Shown piece by piece: positions 46,101 to 56,160 of a stretch of 56,160 bases of DNA. The notes under the pieces were generated by a model. That model made no database searches and was not told the origin of the DNA. It saw only the letters and a program-made list of their open reading frames with translations. The position numbers and the translations under genes are program-made. Every line of letters starts with the position of its first letter. The stretch's first letter is position 1. Source of the DNA: Phoronis australis (taxonomy: Eukaryota; Animalia; Phoronida); contig NMRA01000037.1 in assembly GCA_002633005.1 (NCBI GenBank), forward strand, positions 857,664-913,823, in the 5' to 3' direction.

Positions 46101-49100
46101 TTAACTCCACATGCAGTGATCAAACTCCACACCTGATGACACCAATTAGCCAGACCAGCACCATAGGAGTGTGGCTGGAATTAAGAGGTGATGCCACGGA
46201 ATCCATTCCACCCCTGAAGAGGTAATACGCGTTCTCTCTAATTTTCGCATCGTTTCCTATGTAACCACCGGGAGACACCAGGATTTCTACAAAACTATGA
46301 CCTACGTGTACCCTCTCATAGTCACCCATAAAAGTCAGCTTACCTCATTGAGATGTTTAATCTCATCCTCTTGTTCCTGCCTCTGAAGATTGGCATTCTC
46401 CAGTAAGTAATCCGCCTTCTCCTTGGCCTCTAGTTCCAAGTCATTCAGTGGCTCGTTACGAACTCGGTTCAATTCGTACTCCTGAAGCTCTCTGGTCATC
46501 TGGTTACTCAACTCCTATACAAGCAAAGCATACACACCATTAGCACTGATGGTAATGGGTTATTACTTTGGAAGTTAAGAAGAAAGTTACCAACAAAAAG
46601 TGACAAAAGTACAGCACAGGTCGCAAAATCTATTACTTGAAGCAGCTATAAACCTGCCTTCCATGACAAAAACCAACTTTTGTTTTAGATTACTCAGCAT
46701 TATAATATTGGCCTGGAATTTTTCCTCAGTCAAACTGGAGGTGATTTCAGGGCTTCCAAAGAACTGTAAGTTATTGCTGAAGACCAGGGTCTACAAGTCG
46801 ACTTGTAATGATGTTTCATTTTTACGCCATAGACAGTCTCAATAAATAGTATCAGATTTATGCAAATCATTTCTCATCTCAGAAAGGAACAAGTCAAGAA
46901 CACTTCTTGGAACATTTCAACGAAATACACATAATGTGAAATACACATAAAAACTATTCATAGAAAATCCGATGAAACGTCTTTGATGCATAATTACAGG
47001 AAGATCCAAAATCAGCACACTGACAATATTTAACACGCTTTAGATTAATGTTATTGTCTAACCCAAACATACCATACGCTCTTCTTTTTCTTGTTTCATC
47101 CTCTCTTCCATTGCCTGTCTTTCTTCTTTTGTTATCACCCTGGAAGAGTCTCTGATACGGAGGTATTCACCAAAGTTGAGTATCATTGACTGACCAGAGG
47201 GATCCTCTTGTGGAACACTGTAAAAGGAATTTAATGCGTTAGAGATTCTACTAACAACTGTTATTAAAATCTCTTGGTCTATTTACACGGACCTCTAGTC
47301 TATATACACTGTCACGTTTCGATCGGTGTCTTCTCCGGCCATCGTCAGGTGTTCCCGCGTTCTTAGAAGAAAGAACACGCGAGAACACCTGACGATGGCT
47401 GGAGAAGAGACCAACCGAAACGTCGTGATAGTGTATATAGACTAGAGGTTGGTGTAAATAGACCAAGAGATTTTAATAATAGTTGTAATACGCCACCACT
47501 GTGACCTCAGAGCGGCCGTTCTAGGCAGTCAGAGTCTACTAAGTCGTAAAATTCTTTTTATGTTCATTTTTGCTAATTTATGTTAAACAAATTAAATTAT
47601 GTCAATTTTCGACCATAATTTTATGCATAGAATGATATCCTAATTAGCATTTTTATACAAATGATACTGTTATCGATAAGAACCTTCCCGGCATAACAAG
47701 CTTTAAATACAGAAACTTAATAAGGATAAACAGAACACGAGAGGTGTAAAGTGTCAATGAAAACTTACATTAAATTACGAATTAAATCTTTAGTGATGAC
47801 TTGAACTGTATTTTTACTGCCTTTCCGTGTTCCCTTCAGTCGCCTGCTGTTCCTTTGTTGTGCCATCATCTCCAGGTCAAGGTCGGCACCATTAGAGTTA
47901 TTCTGTTGAGTCTGTGCTGGGTTGGGCTTGGAGGAGCCAAACAAGGACTCATCCACCTGGGACTTCATACTTATTGTTCTATATGTGCGTGTCTTGCCTC
48001 GTCTTGAAGCTGTCGAGCCTGCGCTACTATGCGCGTAACTCATTGCACTTCCAGGCTACAAAAAACAAAAGGGATTCAAACGACCATCCAGTTAAAGGCC
48101 CTTGGCATTGGTCTGTGGCACAAGGAAATTGTAGGTCATAAGACTAAGCTATCTACATAGGCATTATGAAACCCGTGTCTTAACCTTGCTCTATATCCAG
48201 TATTTTGTTTTTGTTTCCTTCACTCCTGATTCAAAATCGGTTGAGTTTACGTCCAGTACTGAGTTACTGACTGGTCAATCTTTGAATTTTGAATGATGCA
48301 AGCTTGAGAATGTAGGCCATGTGAGGTTTGTTGCCTGCCTAGCTGTTTACTAATAGCTATGAACTTTCAATTGTGCAGGGATTGGCATATGGTCCTAAAT
48401 ATTCATTTCAATTTTTGCTTAATGATTCGCTATGGAGATACAGTGTTAAAAGCTTGAAACAACCAAAACTTGTTAGCATAAATTTTTGAACTTCATGGTA
48501 TGCAGCAGCCATTAATACTTTGTTAAAGAAAGGTATATTATGACAACTGAAACTTAGGGGCAACATTTCCAAAACAAATAGAAAAACTCTCAGTTAAAGG
48601 TCACTTTTTTCTATCATGGTCAACATAAATTTTGCTTCAACAAGTTCATTATCACCTCTCAGTAAATGCCAGAAATGCAGGCCATGTGATTGGAATAAGT
48701 TACTATTACACATGCAGACGATAAATTTGTGCTTATAGGAAGAAATGTGTGCACAGCACTGTTCAGTATTTACAAATGAAATGTTGTCTGACATATTTGT
48801 TTATTTGCGCTAGGAAAGAGTTTTATGTACCTAGACTTTTGTAATTGTTTCGGGCGCATCCGTTACAAGAACAGATTTATGGCAAGGTTGTCTGCCACAA
48901 TCACCGATTAACCTCACTGATTTTTTTAGTTTGGTGTTAATTTTGAGACTTTTGTCACCAAGTCATCAATCAAAGTCAATTTGTTGTGACTGAGTGAAAA
49001 GAAAGACATTCAGAGATCCATTCAGCACTGATTTCGAATAGCTCCACACACATTTGAGAAGGACAGTTTAAACACGCTGTTTTTTTGCATCAAAGTCATA

Positions 49101-49442
49101 TGTTCTGTAGTGTTACAAAATGTTGTCGCCAGTGCTGTGCCTGTGATTTATACTAGACATTGTGGTTACCAAAGTCTACCTCCAAAAATATGTCAGTGCA
49201 AGAGCAACTATAACCCATAATGATTTGCAGTGGATACTATCACAGCCACTGACATAATAGCACTTACTCACTGTCTCGCTGAATGTCACTGATTCAGTGA
49301 CTGAGCCACAGAGCCTGCTGAGGCCGTGGAGTGAGGTTTCTTCGGGTGACCATGGTTTACGTTATTAAGCCAGAATAAGGCTAAAAATTTACATCTGAGA
49401 CAAATAAAACAAGTAAGAAATGGGAGTAGGAAAACTTACCAT
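42867..49442 (-). CDS. CFAP45: Cilia- and flagella-associated protein 45 (CCDC19), complete, 557 aa
   Basis: Exons 49442-49440 (ATG only), 48055-47769, 47217-47073, 46514-46344, 45623-45276, 44789-44682, 44484-44177, 43170-42867; total 1674 nt, in frame. Motifs VDESLFG, IVPQEDPSGQS, LILNAKCHAIRDAQVLEK, DALRAKRAQE, GIPDKY match recalled CFAP45. Confidence 0.93.
44177..44484 (-). CDS. CFAP45: CFAP45 exon 7
   Basis: EKEKEVARLRSLQERAKDEQAERDALRAKR. Confidence 0.93.
44682..44789 (-). CDS. CFAP45: CFAP45 exon 6
   Basis: KKEQERLMDLKVVEFQKQKA. Confidence 0.9.
45276..45623 (-). CDS. CFAP45: CFAP45 exon 5
   Basis: LILNAKCHAIRDAQVLEK. Confidence 0.93.
46344..46514 (-). CDS. CFAP45: CFAP45 exon 4
   Basis: LNDLELEAKEKADYLLENANLQRQEQEDEIKHLNE. 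Confidence 0.9.
47073..47217 (-). CDS. CFAP45: CFAP45 exon 3
   Basis: VPQEDPSGQSMIL...KEERM; AG/GTATGT. Confidence 0.9.
47309..47353 (-). ncRNA. second hammerhead motif (cleavage triplet deleted)
   Basis: Reverse complement cac-CTGACGA-t-ggccgg(agaagaca)ccgatc-GAAAC-GTGAC; 3 nt missing versus the + copy. Confidence 0.55.
47384..47429 (+). ncRNA. minimal type I hammerhead ribozyme motif
   Basis: cac-CTGACGA-t-ggctgg(agaagaga)ccaacc-GAAAC-GTC-gtg: conserved core boxes, stem II, stem I cac/gtg, palindromic ACGT in place of stem III. Confidence 0.7.
47769..48055 (-). CDS. CFAP45: CFAP45 exon 2
   Basis: PGSAMSYAHSS...YRTISMKSQVDESLFG...ITKDLIRNL. Confidence 0.9.
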
Positions 49443-49560
49443 GATTTCACTTTTAAATCAGTAGAAAATTTAACAATTATTCGCACTAATCTAGTCTTCT
49501 TTTTCTCGTGTCGCTCCGTGTAAATGGTTGTCAACTGCGCAGACCGTCTATTTACAGGCG

Positions 49561-49574
49561 GTATCCTTGGTCAC
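49561..49574. promoter_or_regulatory. X-box-like (RFX) site in the CFAP45 promoter
   Basis: GTATCCTTGGTCAC (rc GTGACCAAGGATAC) ~120 nt upstream of the ATG of a ciliary gene; adjacent GCGGAAGT ETS-like site. Confidence 0.45.
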
Positions 49575-50274
49575 TGCGCAGGCAGAAGCGGAAGTTACGA
49601 CACAATGTCAAATTCCCAAAAGAGGACACTTCTTTCAGTGCAGTAGTCAACAAAAGAACAGCAAAATAGAACCACTCATTTATCTTGCAGAATCATCCAC
49701 TAAAAAGTATACATTTGTACCAGATAATGATAAAATGTGATTATAAATATACCAAGTCATAGTTTCAATGGTTCCAATGACCTCACTGAAGTCTTTCATG
49801 TAATTATTCCAAAAACAACAAATGAACAGCTAAAAAGTAGAGCCGTGAAAGAATATTTGCAAATCAATTTCACATCACTTCTCCTTAAGTTACAGCAGTG
49901 CATACCATATTTATATCATTATACTCAAGATATCACTTTTGCTTATCAATTAAAACATTTGATTGTTAAGTTGTTGATTGTTTGAAAAACAACTCAGAAC
50001 TCTTTGCGTAACTTCTTAACTTGCTAAGTTGTTAGGCACTTCCGGTGTCAAGCATGATTTTATCTCATTCTTGTCAAATTCTGCGTTTTGCAAATATGTC
50101 TTGCCTTCTATCTGTGCCAAGATACATTTCCCGCACCAAACCTTGTCTGAGTGAGTATTCATCAATCAAATTTCGAGGCAGACCTGACGTACTCGTCTTC
50201 CCTGCCGGTGGGTGAACGGTACCTGACTAGCTAGCCAGCCAGTTAGCTCAGACATTAGCTGTATGAAGACTATT

Positions 50275-50770
50275 GTCTATGGTCAAAATACAGCTAGGTA
50301 CCAAGTTGTGTTTTAATATTGCAATGACCACTCAAGGTACTCCTCCGTTTCATCCATGCTCACAACTCTCAAATGGCCCACCCTCCAGGAAAGACGAGCT
50401 CAAAACAAACTGTCCCTTCTATACAACTTACAAGACCGTTGCTACTCCTCATTCATACCTTCCACTCTTACAGACCTCCAAATCACGAAACTCCCACTCT
50501 CATACCTTTGAAAGATCATACATCCGCACTGCATACCATGCAAACTCTTTCTTTCCATTTACCAGTTTACTCTGGAATAGACTCCCACAATTCGTCATCT
50601 CATCAGAAACAATAGATATACTCACAGGTCACATCAATATTGGCACCAAAAGCACTTTGTTTTATCGTTATTTTTCACAGTTGCGTGCACTTTAGTTTTA
50701 TATTAGCAGTGCGCCAACAAGCAAGGATCGATACCGCGATCGTTTGTTCTATTTGGGAAGAAGAAGAAGA
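50275..50770 (+). mobile_element. 5'-truncated, frameshifted LINE (CR1/L2-group) ORF2 3' end with (GAA)n tail
   Basis: SSVSSMLTTLKWPTLQERR in one frame, then SHSHTF...NSFFPFTSLLWNRLP in another: a typical LINE ORF2 C-terminus; gaagaagaagaaga tail. Confidence 0.75.
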
Positions 50771-51779
50771 CCCCGAAATTGCTCAGAGCTACGATAGTTC
50801 TGCTCATCACCTCGACGTGAAACTTGTATCAACATGTAAAGCTAAAGACCGACACTCACCTTGCCCGTTACTCATTAGTCGTTACAGCCTTTAAAATGAA
50901 AAACAATCTAATAAACATCATTTTCTTGCGTAATACCCCGCCTTCTCTAACAAAGAGACACTATGTCATCGTTTCGAAAGCAGTACGCTTGTGACACACA
51001 CGCGTGCCATTTCCTAAATTTTTGCGGCATCTCTCGGGAGATGATGATAACTTGGTAGCAGCAAAATTTCTTCTGAAATTCAGTTTGCTGGTATCAAAAT
51101 TCTAAAATCTTATAATGAAGTGAAACCACTTCCGATAATTTGTTGTGACGTGTATGCAACCTCGTGAAAGAACAACAGTTGATTGAAGAATCAGCGAAAA
51201 ATGAAACTGGCCAACAGGTGACGCAATATGTCATGGTGCTGAAAGCAGCAGAATAACGATAGAATACCATTTTTTCCAACACCATTAAATAATTTAGTTT
51301 ACTCAAGGAAATGGGGGTTTTCAATGACACTAATTTTGTGTCAGATTTTATGTAGCCAGTTTTATACCCACATCGACGCAAAGCTGTATATTAGTATACA
51401 GCTTTGTACCAAGGCTACAAACTAGCCAGCCTGCTAGCTGCCTGTGGCTTAGGCAATTACATGGTCCTGATTGCTGCAGGCATGTAGGGGCGATAGTTAC
51501 GAATTTCAAAAGTTACGAATTTCAAAATACGGCAAATAAATCAAATGAAACATGCATATATGCACATGGAGTGATAATTAGCACATACCATAGGTCTGGT
51601 GATGATTCAGTCAAGATAATTTGAACAAATCGATGAAAATCTGTCGCGGTTTGCTCGAGTTTCTCTTACTAGGTGCCATTTTGAGGAAGTTACGTGAAAT
51701 CACGCATGTTGCAATGTCATCTTACACAGAATTTTAGCTTTTAGAATTTTTAGTGTCAAAAGTCACTGTGGAACCAATA

Positions 51780-54700
51780 ATGGTAGGTTGTACACAAAAA
51801 TCATTTTAGGGCTGTTCCAGCAAAATCTGTATGGGAGGGGGGGAAGGCACGTTTAATTCGTACCCACCGCCCATATTTTGCATTTATTTTTCCAACCATA
51901 ATTTTTTAATTATTTTTAATAGGTTAAAATATAAAATTCAACACTCGCAAACAAATTGCCTCCAGGAGGACCTGTTAAGAACTTAGATGATTGACAGACA
52001 AGAACTAGTTGTCTTGTCCAATATGGTCAAAAACTAAAAGTAGCCTGTGAGCAATACTTTTGGCTGCCACCAGGTGTCTCTGTTCACCATGTGTTTATAA
52101 TTTCAATGAACATTTTTTCAATTATAAGGATCTATGAATCTCAAACTGTCTCCACGAACTCTTTTATACTTCTATGTCAAGTGAATATTGGAACTTGTTT
52201 ATCTTACTCCTAATACTTTTTATTTAAAAATCATCATTTTTTATATGTGTTAACACCAGTTTAGTGTTGCATAACTTTCCAATTCAATAGGACTGCAGAC
52301 AAACAGTTGGCTCAAATCAAGTTGCCCATGACTTGATTAATGGCTTTGTGAACATCTTGCACTCTGTTCAGCAATATGGGCTTTTTTGTATTAGGGTAAG
52401 TTAGGATATATGCCAATTGCATTTTTTTGAGTTTTGACGCCTGAAGTAACCAACCTGTCAACATTAACAGGTCAAAAATACCACCCATTTTTAGTGCATC
52501 ACTTCTTACAGGAACGACCACCCATAATTTGAGTTTTTTTCTGAAGACCACCACCCATGAATTTTTATTTCTACTGCCGTCCCCCCCTCCCACACGGAGT
52601 TTACTGGAACAGCCCTTAGGAAATTCACTGTTAGATTCAATCAATCAATTGAACATCTCTGTACTGCACTCACTTTTGAATGAAATAGCCAAAAATATTG
52701 AGACTTGAGAAATCTCATTTTTTTTGAGAATGCGTTCAAGGTCTGTTCAGTGGAAGTGAGTGCAAAACAAAGATGTGGGTCCTTTGTAGCGACATTATGC
52801 ATCACTTGTATGTTCTGTGGATGGCATATAGTAACTTGCTAAGGGAACAGTAATTAACATGAAAGTGTCTCGAATTTTCCTTTTGTAAGAGGATTTCCTC
52901 TTTTTTGATTCGATTTCCTCTTATTTGAGTTCCAGTTTTCTCCGTTTTTATCATTATTTTGACTTTTTTCATGCAGATATGTTTATTTCATTTAGATTTT
53001 ACATCACAAAAAATATTTTTACCGCACAAGCCTTTTTATTTGTGGAACATTGCATCACCTGAAATTTCCCTATTTCTTGTCATTGGCCTTTTCAAGGCCT
53101 GATGTCTTCACAATTTCTAGGCATTTGCATTTTCACTAAAGGTGAAAGCAAAAGTTGACTGCTTTCCCCTCAAGTACGGCCGTTGTAAGTTATGTACCAC
53201 ACTTGACTGAGAAACTTGAAATGTTATTTGATATAATTTACTTTCAGGATGCATGTGCACAAGAAGTCAAACTTTGACCAATGGTGAAGTACGAGTGAAA
53301 AGGAATGAGTTATTCAACAAAGAAAAGAAAAGACAGCTGGAACTTATTAGTCGTATTGAGAAGATTCAAGTGGACCATGTGGGGCCTCCTGAGAACTGTA
53401 CGCTGATTATGAACAAAGGGATATCCACGCCATTCAACTGTGCCATGCGTAAGTTATGTAACACCCACCGCTGACGCAGCGATTTGATGACTTGTCGGTT
53501 ACGTCGTCGCTATAAAACAAAAAACGTGGCATCAAAATCTATTACATAGTCTGGCAGCATAGAGCAGCATCACCTGGTGTTCACTAAAGAAACGAAACAT
53601 TCATATTGTGATCCAGTTTCATAGTCTACCATAAGACATGGCATTGCCAGAACTCAGTGGCATTGTCACTCTAAACTGATTCCGAATTGAGCTTCAAATC
53701 GGAAAGGTTTTCGATAATTGATTTTTACAAATTTCCTCCAATTCCCACTACTGCTGCTATTTTATCAGGTACATTCTTATGATGCTGATTCTTCACCTGT
53801 TTCTGAAGCACACACTACAGGGGATGGGTGAAAATTTATTATTGTCAAATTTCTCAATGACGATAAACATCAAGATAAATTCTAGTTTGCTGTCAGCTTG
53901 TACTTTACCGCTGTCATAGGAGAACTTCAAATCTTTTCAACATTTTGTGAAAAGGAAATCTGATTCGGCTTTTGAGAACTTAAAAAGTGACAGTTTTAGC
54001 CATACCTTTTTTGTGAAATAACTGCAGAATTACCTTAATTAGTTTTGTTTCTGTTGAATTTTTGATATCGTTATTGATACACTTATTAGCAGTGTTCTTT
54101 GGTGTAGTGCTCAAAGCTCACAGCTTGTAGCTATGTGGCTCTGTGCTGGATTCAAGTTGATGACTTGGTCTCTACACTGTTAATAGAGCTTCTTCCAACT
54201 GGATGTGTCAAAACTTTCATGTTTTTAGGTATGCTGTAGGTTGAGGGGAGTTCACCATGTTCTTTTGCAGTTGATTATGAACTCGGATAATTTTTGTGTT
54301 CCAGATATTCAAGAGTTATTGATGAAGCGATCAGTTGTTGCTCTGGTCAACGGAAAATTATGGGACATGCACCGCCCTCTAGTGGAGGACTGTGAACTCA
54401 GGTTTTTACACTTCAAAGATGACAACCCATCTTTATCCAACAAGGTATTTTAGCAGTATATGATTACAATTGTTCATTTGCACCGGGCACTCATGTTCCA
54501 TGGGTGAGATCTATGTCTATTTTTTGTCGATTGAAAACTAGTTTCTTCCGAGTAATTTTCAAGACAGTTACGATCTAACAGCTGCCTTGTTGTTTTGTAA
54601 AATCTTTTCAAAAACTGATGACGGAATTCACCCAATGCCCGTAATACAGGCCAGTTTTCTTTTCTCAGGTGTTTTGGAGGTCGTGCTCCTATATACTGGG

Positions 54701-55890
54701 TCACATTCTGGAGACTGCCTTCAAGAGTGATTATAAAGTTGAGCTATGCAGTTTTCCTGCTCCGGATGGTAAGTTCAGTTGAACCTGTGAAAGTGATGAA
54801 GCCCAGTGGGTTTGATCATCTAATTACTGCAGGGTGATACTACAACAATCTATCTACTTTGTGAACGCTTGGCGTTCTCCATGAATGAATAGTGCCATTT
54901 CCTCTACTGGCCTGTGTTCACTCTGGGTATACAAATTAGGATGTGCTGCTAATTGACTCATTTTTCAAATGGCAGAATACAATGCCAAGGTTCATTTTGT
55001 CCAGAAATTGCATGTTGTTTTTTTTGGGTCCTTGTGTACACTCATAGGTGGCGCTATTGAAACTGGGTCCCTTTGGTAGGAATGCTTGTATTCAGTTTAT
55101 GTTGCCATGGGAACCTCATCCTGCAATTGTTCATGTTCAGTAGGTAAATCACTTATTGAGAAGCATTGAGAGTCTGGTGAATCAGGATTCTAGCGATGCA
55201 CTTGAAGTGTAATGCCAGATTCCTCGCCAGAGAGGAACACTGGTACTCAAGGATGGTGAAGGAGGAAGTCTACATTAAAGCCAGATGCCCCAATTTGAAC
55301 AGGGATCAAGGGTTACAGCTCTCAGCGGCGTACGACCTAATTCTTGAACCAGGTCGTCCTGACGTGGGAAATCCAGTCGGTGAACAAGGCCTTTAGAGAG
55401 AGGGCGAAAGCGCCTGACTCGCCAGGCTCTCATTGCTTCACTACTAAGTGATTTTACATAGTGAACATCATATCAAAAAGAAATGAAAAACCTATTCCAT
55501 CCCAAATGTCTGCATGTTAGTGAACATTTCTGCTCTCTGTCTATTCAGTTGAGAAAAAGAGCAAACCTTCTTCATTGACTTCACTTGGTTGCCCATTTGT
55601 ACTCTTTCTTGAAATGTTAACATTAGGCTGGAAGCCCTCTCCAATGGTTATAAATCAAATGAGACCAATCATTTATCATCCATTGTAATGCGCATTTCTT
55701 TATTTATGTTCACAGTGAGGAGTGGAAGTATTGTGTATGATGTTGATCTAAATATGACAGACTGGAGGCCAAAAGAGGTGGAGTTAAGCGCGATGAGTAG
55801 AATAGGGGCTCAGCTCTACTATGACGATCTCCGTTTTGAGCGTCTCGACGTCGATGCCTCTCTGGCTTTACGCATGTTTGAGGATAATAG
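51780..55890 (+). CDS. MRPL39: Mitochondrial ribosomal protein L39 (mL39, TGS/ThrRS-like); continues past the window end; 5' exons tentative
   Basis: Firm exons 53248-53448, 54305-54444, 54669-54768, 55716-55890 ([12 protein letters not shown]; [14 protein letters not shown]; [14 protein letters not shown]; FWRSC; YDV; [18 protein letters not shown]). Tentative exons 51780-51782 (ATG) and 53121-~53181. Confidence 0.9.
51809..52615. mobile_element. PIF/Harbinger-type MITE with TTA TSD
   Basis: TTA-GGGCTGTTCCAG.AAA.TC.GT.TGGGAGGGGGG...CCCCCCCTCCCACACGGAGTTTACTGGAACAGCCC-TTA. Confidence 0.85.
53248..53448 (+). CDS. MRPL39: MRPL39 exon
   Basis: [28 protein letters not shown]...[13 protein letters not shown]. 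Confidence 0.92.
54305..54444 (+). CDS. MRPL39: MRPL39 exon
   Basis: [30 protein letters not shown]. Confidence 0.92.
54669..54768 (+). CDS. MRPL39: MRPL39 exon
   Basis: [19 protein letters not shown]. Confidence 0.92.
55196..55419 (+). mobile_element. Penelope-like retroelement remnant (GIY-YIG endonuclease C-terminus plus decayed pLTR hammerhead)
   Basis: [41 protein letters not shown] fits the PLE R..KEA.YI...P.LNR..G motif. Confidence 0.75.
55716..55890 (+). CDS. MRPL39: MRPL39 exon
   Basis: [10 protein letters not shown]...[21 protein letters not shown]. Confidence 0.92.
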
Positions 55891-56160
55891 GTGAGAGCTA
55901 ACAGTACTGACATCGCATCACGTTAACCAGTTTTACTTTACTTGTGTTCACACTAGGGTAGTATTCCTTATATTTTCACAGGGCAAATAAGTTTGCCTCG
56001 GTTTTGAAAATTTCCTAGTGGATGAGAGTTATTCTGGGAAGTTCGTCCATCCAGGAATACAGTTGATTTTTAGGTCTTCTCCATCGAGTAATACACCTGA
56101 CTGTCAGGGCCCCTCCATCCAATAAACAGTTTCCAGTCAAGGCCCTTGCTCACCTTAAAG

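Larger units (their letters stand above)
47254..47486. repeat. ~233-nt near-perfect palindrome (two inverted Penelope-pLTR-like arms)
   Basis: acaactgttattaaaatctcttggtctatttacac... is the reverse complement of ...gtgtaaatagaccaagagattttaataatagttgt. Confidence 0.9.

Noticed and set aside
49271-49395. Additional CFAP45 coding exon
   Set aside because: Splice-like signals are present, but the frames tested from the upstream and internal ATGs hit stops; at most an alternative 5' UTR.
51381-51404. Perfect 10-bp hairpin aagctgtata-ttag-tatacagctt as a terminator or Helitron end
   Set aside because: No supporting CTRR end or other context; it could be chance or a repeat fragment.

Overview
This is AT-rich, intron-rich animal (invertebrate-type) genomic DNA from a draft assembly, with one ~600-N gap and two single-N joins; it is not prokaryotic. 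Three spliced genes can be rebuilt by hand from GT/AG boundaries with consistent phases. (1) A 5'-incomplete TTC3/DZIP3-family TPR + coiled-coil + RING-H2 E3 ligase on the + strand (~34 exons, 4338-40087, ~1680 aa). (2) A complete CFAP45/CCDC19 on the - strand (8 coding exons, 49442-42867, 557 aa). (3) A 3'-incomplete MRPL39 on the + strand (from ~51780), head-to-head with CFAP45. Introns hold many MITEs, an LTR-like end, LINE, Penelope and Helentron remnants and minisatellites. Two duplicated blocks next to single Ns look like unmerged haplotypes. The most unusual signal is a ~233-nt palindrome in a CFAP45 intron built from two inverted minimal hammerhead-ribozyme motifs of the Penelope pLTR type. 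Only the copy antisense to the host keeps its cleavage triplet, and a second, decayed hammerhead follows a Penelope GIY-YIG remnant in an MRPL39 intron. I see no evidence for a wholly new multi-gene system. All homology calls come from recalled protein sequences, not from database searches.
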